64,000 nt of DNA from Actinomycetota bacterium (GCA_947449035.1 CANFQC010000004.1:20067-84066), one strand, 5' to 3'; positions 53,991 to 62,913 are shown, counted from the first letter of the stretch. Translations and numbers: made by a program. Notes: generated from the letters alone by a model not told the origin.

Positions 53991-55229
53991 ATGAGTGAAA
54001 CCGCGCCCCGCCGCGCCCTGGCGCTGGGCCTGGTCTTCGTCGGCGCCGCCACTCTCATTGGCAATGGCGCGGCGTACGCACTCAGCATGGTCGCCGCTCG
54101 CGTGCTCGTCCCGGCCGAATTCGGTGCCTTCGGCGCCCTGCTCGCCATCCTCGTCATCATCTCGACCATCGGCATCGCGATGCAGGCCCTGGCAGCTCGC
54201 CGAGTCGCCGTCGCGACCTCTAATCGTGACGAAGTTGAGGGCCAGGCAATTCGGCTCTCCATCTACCTGGGCATTGTCATCATCCTGGGCGGAATCCTCG
54301 CCGCCTGGCCGCTGTCGGTTCTCTTCTCCATCCCACTTCTTGCTGTTGTCTTCGGCATCGCCTCACTCGGCTTCGTCGTCATCGGCTCCGCGGCGATGGG
54401 TGTCTCTCAGGGCCGCGAGGAGCACAAGCGACTGTCGGCCGGCTTCATCGTCAACGGCGCGGCACGAGCAGTCTTTGGCGTCATTGGAGTCATCGCCTTC
54501 CACAGCGTGGTCGGCGCAACTCTCGGAATCTTGATCGGCTGCGCAGTCGGCGCGTTCATCTCCTATCGAATCTGCTGCCCGGGCGCCTGGTCGAACACCA
54601 TCGGTGCCGGTGGAGCTGCAGAGTTCGCGCACGTCGCGCATGCGCTCATCGTGCTGTTCACGCTCACCAACATCGACATCCTGATGGCCCGTATCTTCTT
54701 GTCGGAAGATTCCTCGGGCGAATACAGCGTTGGCGTGCTTCTTGCCAAGATCGCCTTCTTCCTGCCGAACGCCATCATCATCGTGCTCTTCCCGAAGATG
54801 ACAACCGGCAACTCACGCCGCACCGTCTACATCGCGACCGGCCTGACTGCCGTGGTCGGCCTCTGCATCACCGGCTTCAGCCTGCTGTTCGGCGATCTCG
54901 TGATTCGCGTGCTCGGTGGCGTGCAGTACGTCGACCTCGGACTCGGTACTGACGCCTGGCTCTTCGCGCTTGAAGGATCCGCATTCGCACTCGTGCAGGT
55001 TCTGCTCTACGCGCGCCTTGCCGCGGAAGACAAGCGTGCTGCAGCGTCTGTGTGGATCGCTCTCGTCGTACTCGTCGCGATCATCGCCCTTTGGCGTCAC
55101 GCTGATGTCGTGCAGATCGTCACGACAGTTGTCGGCGTCTCGCTGGTGCTCACGTTGATCGGACTCATTCTCGACTGGCGGGGTGGTCGCGAGGCCGGTG
55201 TGGTCGAGCCAATGGAGATGATGGAATAA
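53991..55229 (+). CDS. Polytopic membrane protein, MOP/Wzx-like polysaccharide flippase candidate
   Basis: 412 aa with about 12 hydrophobic segments. The function is inferred from topology only. Confidence 0.45.
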   Translation: MSETAPRRALALGLVFVGAATLIGNGAAYALSMVAARVLVPAEFGAFGALLAILVIISTIGIAMQALAARRVAVATSNRDEVEGQAIRLSIYLGIVIILGGILAAWPLSVLFSIPLLAVVFGIASLGFVVIGSAAMGVSQGREEHKRLSAGFIVNGAARAVFGVIGVIAFHSVVGATLGILIGCAVGAFISYRICCPGAWSNTIGAGGAAEFAHVAHALIVLFTLTNIDILMARIFLSEDSSGEYSVGVLLAKIAFFLPNAIIIVLFPKMTTGNSRRTVYIATGLTAVVGLCITGFSLLFGDLVIRVLGGVQYVDLGLGTDAWLFALEGSAFALVQVLLYARLAAEDKRAAASVWIALVVLVAIIALWRHADVVQIVTTVVGVSLVLTLIGLILDWRGGREAGVVEPMEMME

Positions 55230-55235
55230 AGGCGC

Positions 55236-55276
55236 GAGGCCAGGGGCCCGGTATACCCCGGGACGCACCTGGCCTC
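55236..55276 (+). terminator. Hairpin terminator after the flippase-like gene
   Basis: GAGGCCAGG...CCTGGCCTC (9-bp outer stem) encloses CCCGG-TATACC-CCGGG. It lies 7 nt after the stop. Confidence 0.6.
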
Positions 55277-55411
55277 ACTTCCCTTCCCCCCGAAGGAGAG
55301 GGCGTACTGCAAGTCTAAGTGGGCATTGCTGTCAGGATCAAGGCCCGAAGGCTGTCCACAGCGCAAGGGTCGCCCATTGCTCTCGCCTCATATGGAGGGC
55401 AGATTCATCTA

Positions 55412-55939
55412 ATGATTCACGGCTTCGGGGACGAGTCATTCGTGGAACGCGATGGTGTGGGGGTCTACGTCATCGGGCTGATCGTGCTTACTGATGATGA
55501 ACTGGATGAAGCAAGGCTTAGTGCGAAGGCCATGTCACCGAGAGAACAGACGCGCTTCCACTTTCATGATCTTGATGTCCAGGCGCGCAGACGGGTGGTC
55601 AGCGATGTGTTGAAAGGCCCATGGTGTTTTCGATTTTGGTGGAAATCGTCAACACCAAGGCTTCAAGAACGCACTCGACGGATACTCCTGAATTCGGCTT
55701 TGCTTCAGCATTCGAGGGAGCAATGGACCCTAGAGAGTAGAGGCAACAGGGCCGATATTCGCGACCGGGAACTGGCTGAAGCTCTGCTGGGTTTCAGGCT
55801 GTCTCAGGGTGTGCGACTCACTCACCAACGTGCGAGTGATGAACCCCTCCTATGGCCAGCCGACGTGGTGGCAAGTGCAAGTGCTCAATCTCTAATTCGG
55901 GGCGTGGAATCTCCGTTTGGCACTTCGTCGGGTTACTGA
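55412..55939 (+). CDS. DUF3800-like (RNase H-like fold) orphan protein in a low-GC islet
   Basis: ATG 55412 lies downstream of GGAGGG. It has N-terminal GFGDES, a mid FHFHDL, and a C-terminal LLWPADVVASA. These parallel the DESG / FH..dl / LQ.AD pattern I associate with DUF3800. Hand-counted GC is 47-57% in two sampled lines. Confidence 0.5.
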   Translation: MIHGFGDESFVERDGVGVYVIGLIVLTDDELDEARLSAKAMSPREQTRFHFHDLDVQARRRVVSDVLKGPWCFRFWWKSSTPRLQERTRRILLNSALLQHSREQWTLESRGNRADIRDRELAEALLGFRLSQGVRLTHQRASDEPLLWPADVVASASAQSLIRGVESPFGTSSGY

Positions 55940-56043
55940 TTGGTCCGAAGCATCATCTACGACGAGTGTGATTCAATCGTGATCACAGGCCTGGAACCGT
56001 GGCCGGCAGCATGCCGTCACACCAACAGGCCGAAGGAGCGAAC

Positions 56044-57279
56044 ATGAGCGACATCAACGAAGTAAAGGAACCGCGCAAGCGCGGAGGCCGTCGCCTCCTG
56101 ATCGCAGGTGGCTGCGTCGTGGCACTCGGCGCAGTAGCCGTGGGCGGAGCAGTTGTTGGTCGCGCCACTACTCCTCAGGTTCAGTCGGCTCCGACCGTTT
56201 CCGAACCGGCGAACGAGCCCGGCTCCGTACCCATGGGCATGTCGAATGGCTCAGCACCTCAGGCCGCCGACACCAAGGTCGCATCGAGCTCGATGATCTG
56301 GCCGGGCTTCAATACAGTCTTCACGCCCGGCAAGGGCCTGCCCAATAAGTCGGGAACCGCATCGGGGTACACCGTTGACGACACTGGCATCGATCGCGCT
56401 GCGCTCGCGGCCGAGTTGGCGAAGACCTTCGGCGTCGCCGGTGACCCGGTGAAGAACGATTACGGCTGGAGCGTTGGTCCGACCGATGGATCTGGCCCAA
56501 CGATCTACGTGAACGATGATTCCTCTGCTTCATGGTCGTACAACAATCCGGCGGCTTATGGCGTGCCGACACCGGTTGCGGATGATGCTCCTGTGAGCAG
56601 CGGCGTCGCGGGCGGTTCCAGTGGTGCCGTCGAAGGCTCTGCCGGTCCTACGCCGACAGTGAGTCCTGCACCGTCGAAGAAGGACGCGAAGGCGTGGGCC
56701 ACTGACATCTTCACTCGTCTCGGCGTACCGCTGAAGCAGATCGACTGGCAGATCGACAGCTACGACCCGTTCACCACCGCCACCGCGTGGCTGACGATCG
56801 ATGGTGAGCGCACGCAGTTGCAGTGGTCGGTCACGTTCTTTGGTGATGGCGAGATCTCGAATGCCTACGGCTTCGCCGCCGGTCTCGTCGAGATCCCCGG
56901 TTACGCGATCATTGGGGCCAAGGACGCCATTGCGCGTCTGGGACAGCCGGGCTGGAGTGCACTACAGCCCGCGATGATCTCGAATGGTGATGTCACGATC
57001 GCCACTGACAACCAGCCTGCCGCCGAACCGACCTTGCCGCCGAACCCGACGTATCAGGGGCGCCCTGCGCTGGGAGTAACCATCACGGTTGCCACCATCA
57101 CGAAGGCCGAGCTCGGCCTGGCCCAGTACTGGCAGCCCGACGGCACGATCTTGCTGCTTCCGGCCTATGTCATCTCGGACAAGGACGGCCACCAGTGGTC
57201 GATGCTCGCGGTCGACGATACCTACGTGGCATTCACCCAGGTCGCGCCCAACGACGGCCCAATGCCGATGGCGCGCTAA
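56044..57279 (+). CDS. Membrane-anchored extracytoplasmic protein of unknown function
   Basis: ATG 56044 has AAGGAG 6 nt upstream. A basic N-terminus and one TM segment (LLIAGGCVVALGAVAVGGAVVG) are followed by about 380 aa of extracellular sequence with no motif I recognise. Confidence 0.6.
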   Translation: MSDINEVKEPRKRGGRRLLIAGGCVVALGAVAVGGAVVGRATTPQVQSAPTVSEPANEPGSVPMGMSNGSAPQAADTKVASSSMIWPGFNTVFTPGKGLPNKSGTASGYTVDDTGIDRAALAAELAKTFGVAGDPVKNDYGWSVGPTDGSGPTIYVNDDSSASWSYNNPAAYGVPTPVADDAPVSSGVAGGSSGAVEGSAGPTPTVSPAPSKKDAKAWATDIFTRLGVPLKQIDWQIDSYDPFTTATAWLTIDGERTQLQWSVTFFGDGEISNAYGFAAGLVEIPGYAIIGAKDAIARLGQPGWSALQPAMISNGDVTIATDNQPAAEPTLPPNPTYQGRPALGVTITVATITKAELGLAQYWQPDGTILLLPAYVISDKDGHQWSMLAVDDTYVAFTQVAPNDGPMPMAR

Positions 57280-57315
57280 GGCGCGATCAGTCGATCGGTA
57301 AGGTTGTCGCCGTTA

Positions 57316-57400
57316 GGCGAGGTGGCAGAGCGGCCGATTGCAGGCGCCTTGAAAGCGCCCGTGGGGAAACTCACCGGGGGTTCAAATCCCTCCCTCGCCG
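57316..57400 (+). tRNA. tRNA-Ser (anticodon UGA), class II with a long variable arm; no encoded CCA
   Basis: Folded by hand. The 7-bp acceptor is GGCGAGG/CCTCGCC with discriminator G, and the D stem has 3 bp. The anticodon stem GGCGC/GCGCC closes the loop CT-TGA-AA. The variable arm is 16 nt, and the T arm GGGGG/CCCTC closes the loop TTCAAAT. Confidence 0.92.
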
Positions 57401-57406
57401 CGTGGA

Positions 57407-57877
57407 GTGTCGATGACGATGAGTGGGCTTGTGCTGCGCATCGTCATCGACATTTTCGTTGTGGTGGCGCTTTCTGTGCTGATCGGTGCTCTGGCCCCTC
57501 GGTGGTCGGCCGGCTGGCTCAGCCGTGATCGAGGGCCGCTGCGCCTGACTCGACTCGATACCCCGCGCACCTATCGCCGCATTGGCATCCATGCCATCAA
57601 GGACAAGCTCCCTGAGCTCGGCTCGATCTTCGGCGGGCAGAGCAAGGGCCAGCTGCCCGGCTCGGAAGCGGAGCAACTGGCCCTTTATGCGCGTGAACTA
57701 CGTCGTGCTGAGTGGGTGCACTGGATCTCGATGCTCACCTGGATCCCGCTGGCCTTCTTCAACCCATGGTGGCTGACATTGGCCTTCGCGATCGCCGTGA
57801 TTGCCGGCAATGCGCCCTTCGTTCTGATCGTGCGCTACAACCGGATGCGCGTACTGCGCATTGCCGGCCGTGGCTAG
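57407..57877 (+). CDS. Small membrane protein, glycosyl-4,4'-diaponeurosporenoate acyltransferase (CrtO)-like family
   Basis: N-terminal TM segment, then IKDKLPELGSIF...ELRRAEWVHW, a C-terminal TM pair and RYNR. This resembles the CrtO-family pattern (kwKdklPe...craE..Hw...rYNr) as I recall it. It starts 7 nt after the tRNA. Confidence 0.4.
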   Translation: MSMTMSGLVLRIVIDIFVVVALSVLIGALAPRWSAGWLSRDRGPLRLTRLDTPRTYRRIGIHAIKDKLPELGSIFGGQSKGQLPGSEAEQLALYARELRRAEWVHWISMLTWIPLAFFNPWWLTLAFAIAVIAGNAPFVLIVRYNRMRVLRIAGRG

Positions 57878-57884
57878 TGTTCAT

Positions 57885-58012
57885 AGCGACGAATTCGATT
57901 CTCTACGGGAGCGAGCTCACTCACACCGCAGTCGCTCTTGTCAGAGCGACGAATTCGGTTCCCTGCGGGAGCGAGCTCACTCACACCGCAGTCGCTCTTG
58001 TCAGAGCGACGC
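57885..58012. repeat. Tandem direct repeat, 2 x 60 bp plus an 8-bp partial third copy, with internal dyad symmetry
   Basis: Units 57885-57944 and 57945-58004 differ at 3 of 60 positions. Each unit has AGCGAC...GTCGCT closing arms, and GTCGCTC-TTGTCA-GAGCGAC hairpins bridge adjacent units. The repeat fills the spacer between two convergent genes and includes the ADH stop codon (58001-58003). Confidence 0.85.
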
Positions 58013-59044
58013 GGTGTCAATAACGAATCGGTAGCGCACGTCTGACGCAACGACGCGCTTCCAGGCCTCATTGACCTGGTCCACGGCGATGGTCTCGATC
58101 TCGCTGACGATGTCATGCGTACCGCAGAAGTCGAGCATCTCCTGAGTCTGCGGAATGCCGCCGATCATGGAACCGCCAAGGGAGCGACGCTGATCGAAGA
58201 GCGCGAAGGCAGGGATTGCCAGCGGCTTCGGCGGTGCACCGACGAGGGCCATGACGCCATCGAGGCCGAGAAGGTTGATGTAGGGAACGACATCGATGTC
58301 GGCCGAGACGGCGTTAACGACAATGTCGAACGAGTTGCGAGCTGCCTTCATCTGCTTCTCATCGCCTGAGTAGAGGAAGTGATGGGCGCCAAGGCTCATC
58401 GCGTCTTCTTCCTTGCTCTGCGAGTGGCTGATCATCGTGACGTCAGCGCCCATGGCAACGGCAAGCTTGACGCCCATGTGGCCGAGGCCGCCGAGGCCCA
58501 TGACACCCACCTTCATGCCCGGGCCAACGAGCCACTTGCGCAGCGGGTTGTAGAGAGTGATGCCGGCACACAGCAGCGGCGCCGCAGCGTCGAGGGGCAG
58601 ATTCTTGGGGATGTGCAGGACGTAACGCTCCTTGCACACGATGTAGGTGGAGTAACCGCCATACGTGGGGGTCACGCCATCGCGCTCAAGACCGTTGTAG
58701 GTCGGAGTGTTTCCGCCGTTAAGGCAGTACTGCTCCTCGCCGATATTGCAGTTCTCGCACTCACCGCATGAGTCGACGAAGCAGCCGATGCCAGCATGAT
58801 CGCCCACCTTGAACTTGGTGACCTCGCTTCCGACCGCAACAATCACGCCGGCAATCTCATGACCGGGAACCATCGGGAAGATCGCCTCGCCCCACTCCTC
58901 GAGACCTTGGTGGATGTCGGAGTGGCAGATGCCGGCGAACTTGATATCGATGGCGACATCGAAGGGACCGACCTCGCGGCGGTTGATGGTGTGCGGGACG
59001 AGCGGCGCGCCGGGGGTGGGTACGGCGTATGCGCGAGTTTCCAT
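58001..59044 (-). CDS. Zinc-dependent NAD(P) alcohol dehydrogenase (cinnamyl-alcohol/AdhC-like)
   Basis: GICHSD, GHEIAGVIVAVG, the structural-zinc Cys cluster (CGECENC) and GLGGLGH nucleotide motif. Confidence 0.85.
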   Translation of the reverse strand: METRAYAVPTPGAPLVPHTINRREVGPFDVAIDIKFAGICHSDIHQGLEEWGEAIFPMVPGHEIAGVIVAVGSEVTKFKVGDHAGIGCFVDSCGECENCNIGEEQYCLNGGNTPTYNGLERDGVTPTYGGYSTYIVCKERYVLHIPKNLPLDAAAPLLCAGITLYNPLRKWLVGPGMKVGVMGLGGLGHMGVKLAVAMGADVTMISHSQSKEEDAMSLGAHHFLYSGDEKQMKAARNSFDIVVNAVSADIDVVPYINLLGLDGVMALVGAPPKPLAIPAFALFDQRRSLGGSMIGGIPQTQEMLDFCGTHDIVSEIETIAVDQVNEAWKRVVASDVRYRFVIDTASL

Positions 59045-59118
59045 GTCAGTCCTTTTTCGATGGGGTGTGCGGTGTGGAGATGATTGAAGCGGATCGTGCG
59101 ATGTGCTGGGTGAAGTCT

Positions 59119-59973
59119 CTATGACGTTCCGAATAAATCCTCGAGACGGGCACGCATGACGTGACCATCGAGCTCAATGCCTGTCCAGAGCCTGGTGGCA
59201 ACAAGCGCCTGATTCACGAGCATCCCCAGGCCGTCGAGGGTGGTGCATCCGTTCGCCGCGGCTGCGGTGAGCAGTGCAGTGCGCGGGGGATTCGTGATGA
59301 CGTCGGCAACGATCATGTGCGGAAGAAGGGTTGCGGTGTCGAGCTTCAGACGTGCATTGGGATCACCGAAGCCGATCGAGGTGGCATTGATGACGATGTC
59401 GGTGGCCGAGGGAACTTCGTACTCGTGATCCCACTGCACGAAGTCACCGCCTGCGGGGGTATTCGCAGCGAGGTGGTCGGAGAGTTCCTGACCGCGAGAA
59501 GCCGTGGTGTTCACGACAGTGATGTGCGCAGCACCCGCGAGTGCGGTCTCGACACCAATTGCACGTGCGGCACCGCCGGCGCCGAACATCACGACGCGCT
59601 TGCCGGTGGGATCAACAATCGGTAGCAGTGACTGCAGGAAGCCCTTGCCGTCGGTGTTCTCGCCGATCAGGCGATCACCATCAATGACGACTGTGTTCAC
59701 TGCGCCGATGATGGCTGCCGAGGCAGCGAGCTCGTCGAGGTACTGAATAACGGCAACCTTGTGGGGCAGCGAGCAGTTGAAGCCAAGCCAGCCCATGGCC
59801 ACGGCGCCGTCGATGGCTCCCTTGAGGTGCTCGGGCGAGACCTCGCAGTTGATGTACCGAACGTGGGCACCGGCAGCCTGGTAGGCCGCCTCAACGAGGT
59901 CGACCGTGGGGTTCTCGGCGGCCTTTTGGGCGAATGAGCCGGTGAGGCCAGGGAGGAAATCAGGGGCAGGCAT
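59119..59973 (-). CDS. Shikimate/quinate 5-dehydrogenase family protein
   Basis: ATG 59973. It has NCSLPHK (the N.T.PHK motif), NTDGKGF and GAGGAARA. Confidence 0.75.
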   Translation of the reverse strand: MPAPDFLPGLTGSFAQKAAENPTVDLVEAAYQAAGAHVRYINCEVSPEHLKGAIDGAVAMGWLGFNCSLPHKVAVIQYLDELAASAAIIGAVNTVVIDGDRLIGENTDGKGFLQSLLPIVDPTGKRVVMFGAGGAARAIGVETALAGAAHITVVNTTASRGQELSDHLAANTPAGGDFVQWDHEYEVPSATDIVINATSIGFGDPNARLKLDTATLLPHMIVADVITNPPRTALLTAAAANGCTTLDGLGMLVNQALVATRLWTGIELDGHVMRARLEDLFGTS

Positions 59974-60049
59974 GATCCCTGAGCCTAGTTGGGGGCAACG
60001 GGGACGGCGAGGGGGGAAAGGGGTTCCCCTGGTCTCCTCCCCGTGGTAA

Positions 60050-60065
60050 ATTGGAGCGCTCCAAT
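60050..60065. promoter_or_regulatory. Perfect 16-bp palindrome, a LacI/GalR-type operator candidate upstream of iolC
   Basis: ATTGGAGCGCTCCAAT is self-complementary with a central CG. It lies 20 nt upstream of the iolC ATG, just 5' of the GGAAGG RBS. Confidence 0.5.
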
Positions 60066-60085
60066 GATTCCGGCGGAAGGCCACC

Positions 60086-61063
60086 ATGGCAGGCGATCAG
60101 CTCCCCGAGCTCCTCACGATCGGGCGTATTGGTGTCGATATCTATGGCCAGGAACTTGGTCAGGGACTCCAGGATCCGCAGACCTTCGCCAAGGCTGTGG
60201 GTGGTTCGGCCACCAATGTGGCTGTTGCGGCCGCTCGACTCGGCCACCGCGCTGCCGTGCTCACCAAGGTCGGCAACGACTCCTTGGGCACATATGCGAT
60301 TCGCGACTGCGAAGCCCTGGGCGTTGATACCCGCTGGATCAGCCGCATGCCCGGCGGGCGCACCGCAGTGGTGCTCACCGGCCTCGATAACCCCGGTGAC
60401 CCAGAACTCGTGTTTTACCGCGATGGAAACACCCCTGATCTGCAGTTGACCTCGGCTGATCTCGCTGACGACGTTGCGCGCGGTGTTGACGTGCTCTGGT
60501 ACACCGGCTCGGCTCTGTCTCGCGAGCCTTCGACCTCAACGGTGCTTCATGCTCTTCAGGTGCGCGAGCGTCGTGAGCACGTGATCTACGACCTCGACTA
60601 TCGGCCGTCCTTCTGGAACTCACGCGATGAGGCCACCGCGGCAATCGGTGCCGCCATCGATTACGCGACCATCACGATCGGTAACCGCGAGGAATGCTCG
60701 GTTGCTCTGGGCATGCCGATCGACTCCAAGCCCGATGACTTCGCCGCAGGCTTCCTTGATCGAGGCGTGACAGTGGCCATCGTCAAGCAAGGCGCTGATG
60801 GGGTACTCGTTGTGACCGCTGATGAGCGCGTGGTCGTTCCCGGTATTCCGATTGACGTCGTCTGCGGGCTTGGTGCCGGCGACGCCTTCGGCGGCTCATT
60901 CGTGCACGGCATTCTCAGCGGCTGGTCTCCTGCTGATGCGGTCACCTACGCAAATGCTGCGGGTGCCATAGTCGCTTCGCGGCTGCTCTGTAGCCACGCC
61001 ATGCCCACTGATACTGAAGTCCGAGAACTCCTTGCTGCTGCAGGGCGAAAGGTGCCCGCATGA
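60086..61063 (+). CDS. iolC: 5-dehydro-2-deoxygluconokinase (PfkB family)
   Basis: TIGRIGVDIYGQE...FAKAVGGSATNVAVAAARLG parallels the IolC N-terminus. C-terminal GAGDAFGG PfkB motif, plus the iol context. Confidence 0.8.
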   Translation: MAGDQLPELLTIGRIGVDIYGQELGQGLQDPQTFAKAVGGSATNVAVAAARLGHRAAVLTKVGNDSLGTYAIRDCEALGVDTRWISRMPGGRTAVVLTGLDNPGDPELVFYRDGNTPDLQLTSADLADDVARGVDVLWYTGSALSREPSTSTVLHALQVRERREHVIYDLDYRPSFWNSRDEATAAIGAAIDYATITIGNREECSVALGMPIDSKPDDFAAGFLDRGVTVAIVKQGADGVLVVTADERVVVPGIPIDVVCGLGAGDAFGGSFVHGILSGWSPADAVTYANAAGAIVASRLLCSHAMPTDTEVRELLAAAGRKVPA

Positions 61064-61965
61064 GCATCCCCGTAACCGCCGCAGATATCGAGCGCATCAC
61101 GAATTTGCGCGTCACTGATCCCGCTGCGGTGCGTGCCGCTCTCCGTGATCGCGTGCGTCCCGCGGGCCTGCCTTCTGACGGCAAGATGATGCTGATCGCT
61201 GCCGATCACCCTGCGCGTGGCGCCATCAGCGTCGGTAGAGATCCGATGGCCATGGCTGATCGGGCATCGTTGCTCGGTCGTATTGTCACGGCGCTTGCCC
61301 AGCCCGGCGTTGACGGCATCCTCGGTCAGCCCGACATTCTCGAAGATCTTGCCGTGGTTGGAGCACTCGACGGCAAGCTCGTGTTCGGCACCATGAATCG
61401 CGGTGGCATCGTCGGCGCGAAGTGGGAGCTCGACGATCGCATGACCGCGTACGACGCGGCTCACACTGCATCGATGAATCTCGACGGCGCGAAGATGCTG
61501 CTGCGCATCGAAGACACTGATCCGGGCGTAGCCCGCACCATCGAGGCCTGCGCGCAGGCTGTCACCGATCTTGCCGATCGCGATCTGATCGCGATGCTTG
61601 AGCCGCTTCCGTACGAGATCACTGCCGAGGGCACGGCGAAGCTGATCAAGGACGACGCGAAGCTCATCCGCGCCACAGCGATTGCCGCGGGTATGGGCGC
61701 AACAAGTGCTTACACATGGCTGAAGCTGCCGGCCTGGAGCGATATCGCCGCAGCTGCTGCCGTCTCGACTCTGCCAGTTTTGATTCTCGGTGGCGATCCC
61801 GGCGCCAACTGGGACGCCGCATTCGCCGACTGGGCGCGCGCACTTGAGCAGCCGACCGTGCGCGGTCTTGTCATCGGTCGCGCACTTCTCTTCCCCCCTG
61901 ATGGCGATGTTGCCTCGGCCGTGCAGCGCGCCGCAGCACTCGTGCGACCAGGAGGTGCATCGTGA
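61060..61965 (+). CDS. (beta/alpha)8 class I aldolase-like protein (candidate 5-dehydro-2-deoxyphosphogluconate aldolase replacing IolJ)
   Basis: It is translationally coupled between iolC and iolB (4-nt overlaps on both sides). LIAADHPARG and GVDGILG resemble DhnA/DeoC-type barrels. The assignment is mostly contextual. Confidence 0.45.
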   Translation: MSIPVTAADIERITNLRVTDPAAVRAALRDRVRPAGLPSDGKMMLIAADHPARGAISVGRDPMAMADRASLLGRIVTALAQPGVDGILGQPDILEDLAVVGALDGKLVFGTMNRGGIVGAKWELDDRMTAYDAAHTASMNLDGAKMLLRIEDTDPGVARTIEACAQAVTDLADRDLIAMLEPLPYEITAEGTAKLIKDDAKLIRATAIAAGMGATSAYTWLKLPAWSDIAAAAAVSTLPVLILGGDPGANWDAAFADWARALEQPTVRGLVIGRALLFPPDGDVASAVQRAAALVRPGGAS

Positions 61966-62894
61966 CCATCGAAGTCCCGTGGCATCTGCCCGCAGGCTCT
62001 CTGGCGCGTGGCGGAAACTTGATCACTCTCACTCCGGAAGATGCGCAGTGGCGGTTTTCCGGCCTGCAGGTATTCGCTCTCGTCGCTGGCGAAACCCGAA
62101 GCATTGAGCTCGACGGCGTCGAGGCGGCAGTTATTCCTCTAAGCGCCCAGGGTCTGAGCGTCGATATTTCCGCGGGTGATGCAGCGTCGGTGAGCTTTGC
62201 GGTTCACGGTCGCGCCGGTGTATTCGCAGGCGTTACCGATTGGGTCTACGCGCCCACGGGTTCGATCGTCACGATCACTGCCTCGACCGCTGGTGAAGTG
62301 GCACTCGCTACGGCTAAGGCGGAAGACGCTTTCCCCCCGGCGTATCTCGCTGCCAACAGTTACCCCGTCACCGTGCGCGGCGCCGGAACTTCGACGAGGC
62401 AGGTGAATCTGCAAGGCCACCCCGACACCTTCGCCGGCGCGCAACGTCTGGTGTGGTGCGAGGTTCTGGCGCCAGGAGGCAACTGGTCGAGTTACCCCCC
62501 GCATCGTCACGACGGCATTGGCGACTGCCCCTGGGAGAACGAGGAGATCTACTACTTCCGCATTGGGAAGGAAGATCTCGACGGAAACGTCAGCCCGCAT
62601 GGCGACCCCGAGGGCTATGGCATCCATCGCACCTACACCGCGCCGGAAGATCCGGGCTTGCCTGTTGATGCCACGGTCGAGGTGCGCGACGGTGACGTGT
62701 TCTTGGTGCCCCGTGGCTATCACGGCCCGAGCATTGCGGCGCCTGGTTACCCGATGTATTACCTGAACGTACTGGCCGGCCCGAATGACCGCACGCTCAA
62801 CTTCTGCGATGACCCCACTCATGCCTGGATTCGCGAGTCCTGGAATGGCGTGGCCACTGATCCCCGAGTCCCCATCACCCCGGTTTCCCGCTAA
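61962..62894 (+). CDS. iolB: 5-deoxy-glucuronate isomerase
   Basis: Cupin core WSSYPPHRHD...NEEIYYF...VPRGYHG, typical of IolB. Confidence 0.82.
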   Translation: MTIEVPWHLPAGSLARGGNLITLTPEDAQWRFSGLQVFALVAGETRSIELDGVEAAVIPLSAQGLSVDISAGDAASVSFAVHGRAGVFAGVTDWVYAPTGSIVTITASTAGEVALATAKAEDAFPPAYLAANSYPVTVRGAGTSTRQVNLQGHPDTFAGAQRLVWCEVLAPGGNWSSYPPHRHDGIGDCPWENEEIYYFRIGKEDLDGNVSPHGDPEGYGIHRTYTAPEDPGLPVDATVEVRDGDVFLVPRGYHGPSIAAPGYPMYYLNVLAGPNDRTLNFCDDPTHAWIRESWNGVATDPRVPITPVSR

Positions 62895-62913
62895 ACAATC
62901 GAAAGAGGAGCAC

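Noticed and set aside
55277-57877. Integrative element targeting tRNA-Ser
   Set aside because: There is no integrase or recombinase ORF. By eye I found no direct repeat of the tRNA 3' end (GGTTCAAATCCCTCCCTCGCC) elsewhere in the window. The low-GC islet is separated from the tRNA by a normal-GC gene.
57885-58012. Possible CRISPR array
   Set aside because: There are only two directly abutting 60-bp copies, no spacers and no cas genes in the window. The unit is far longer than a CRISPR repeat.
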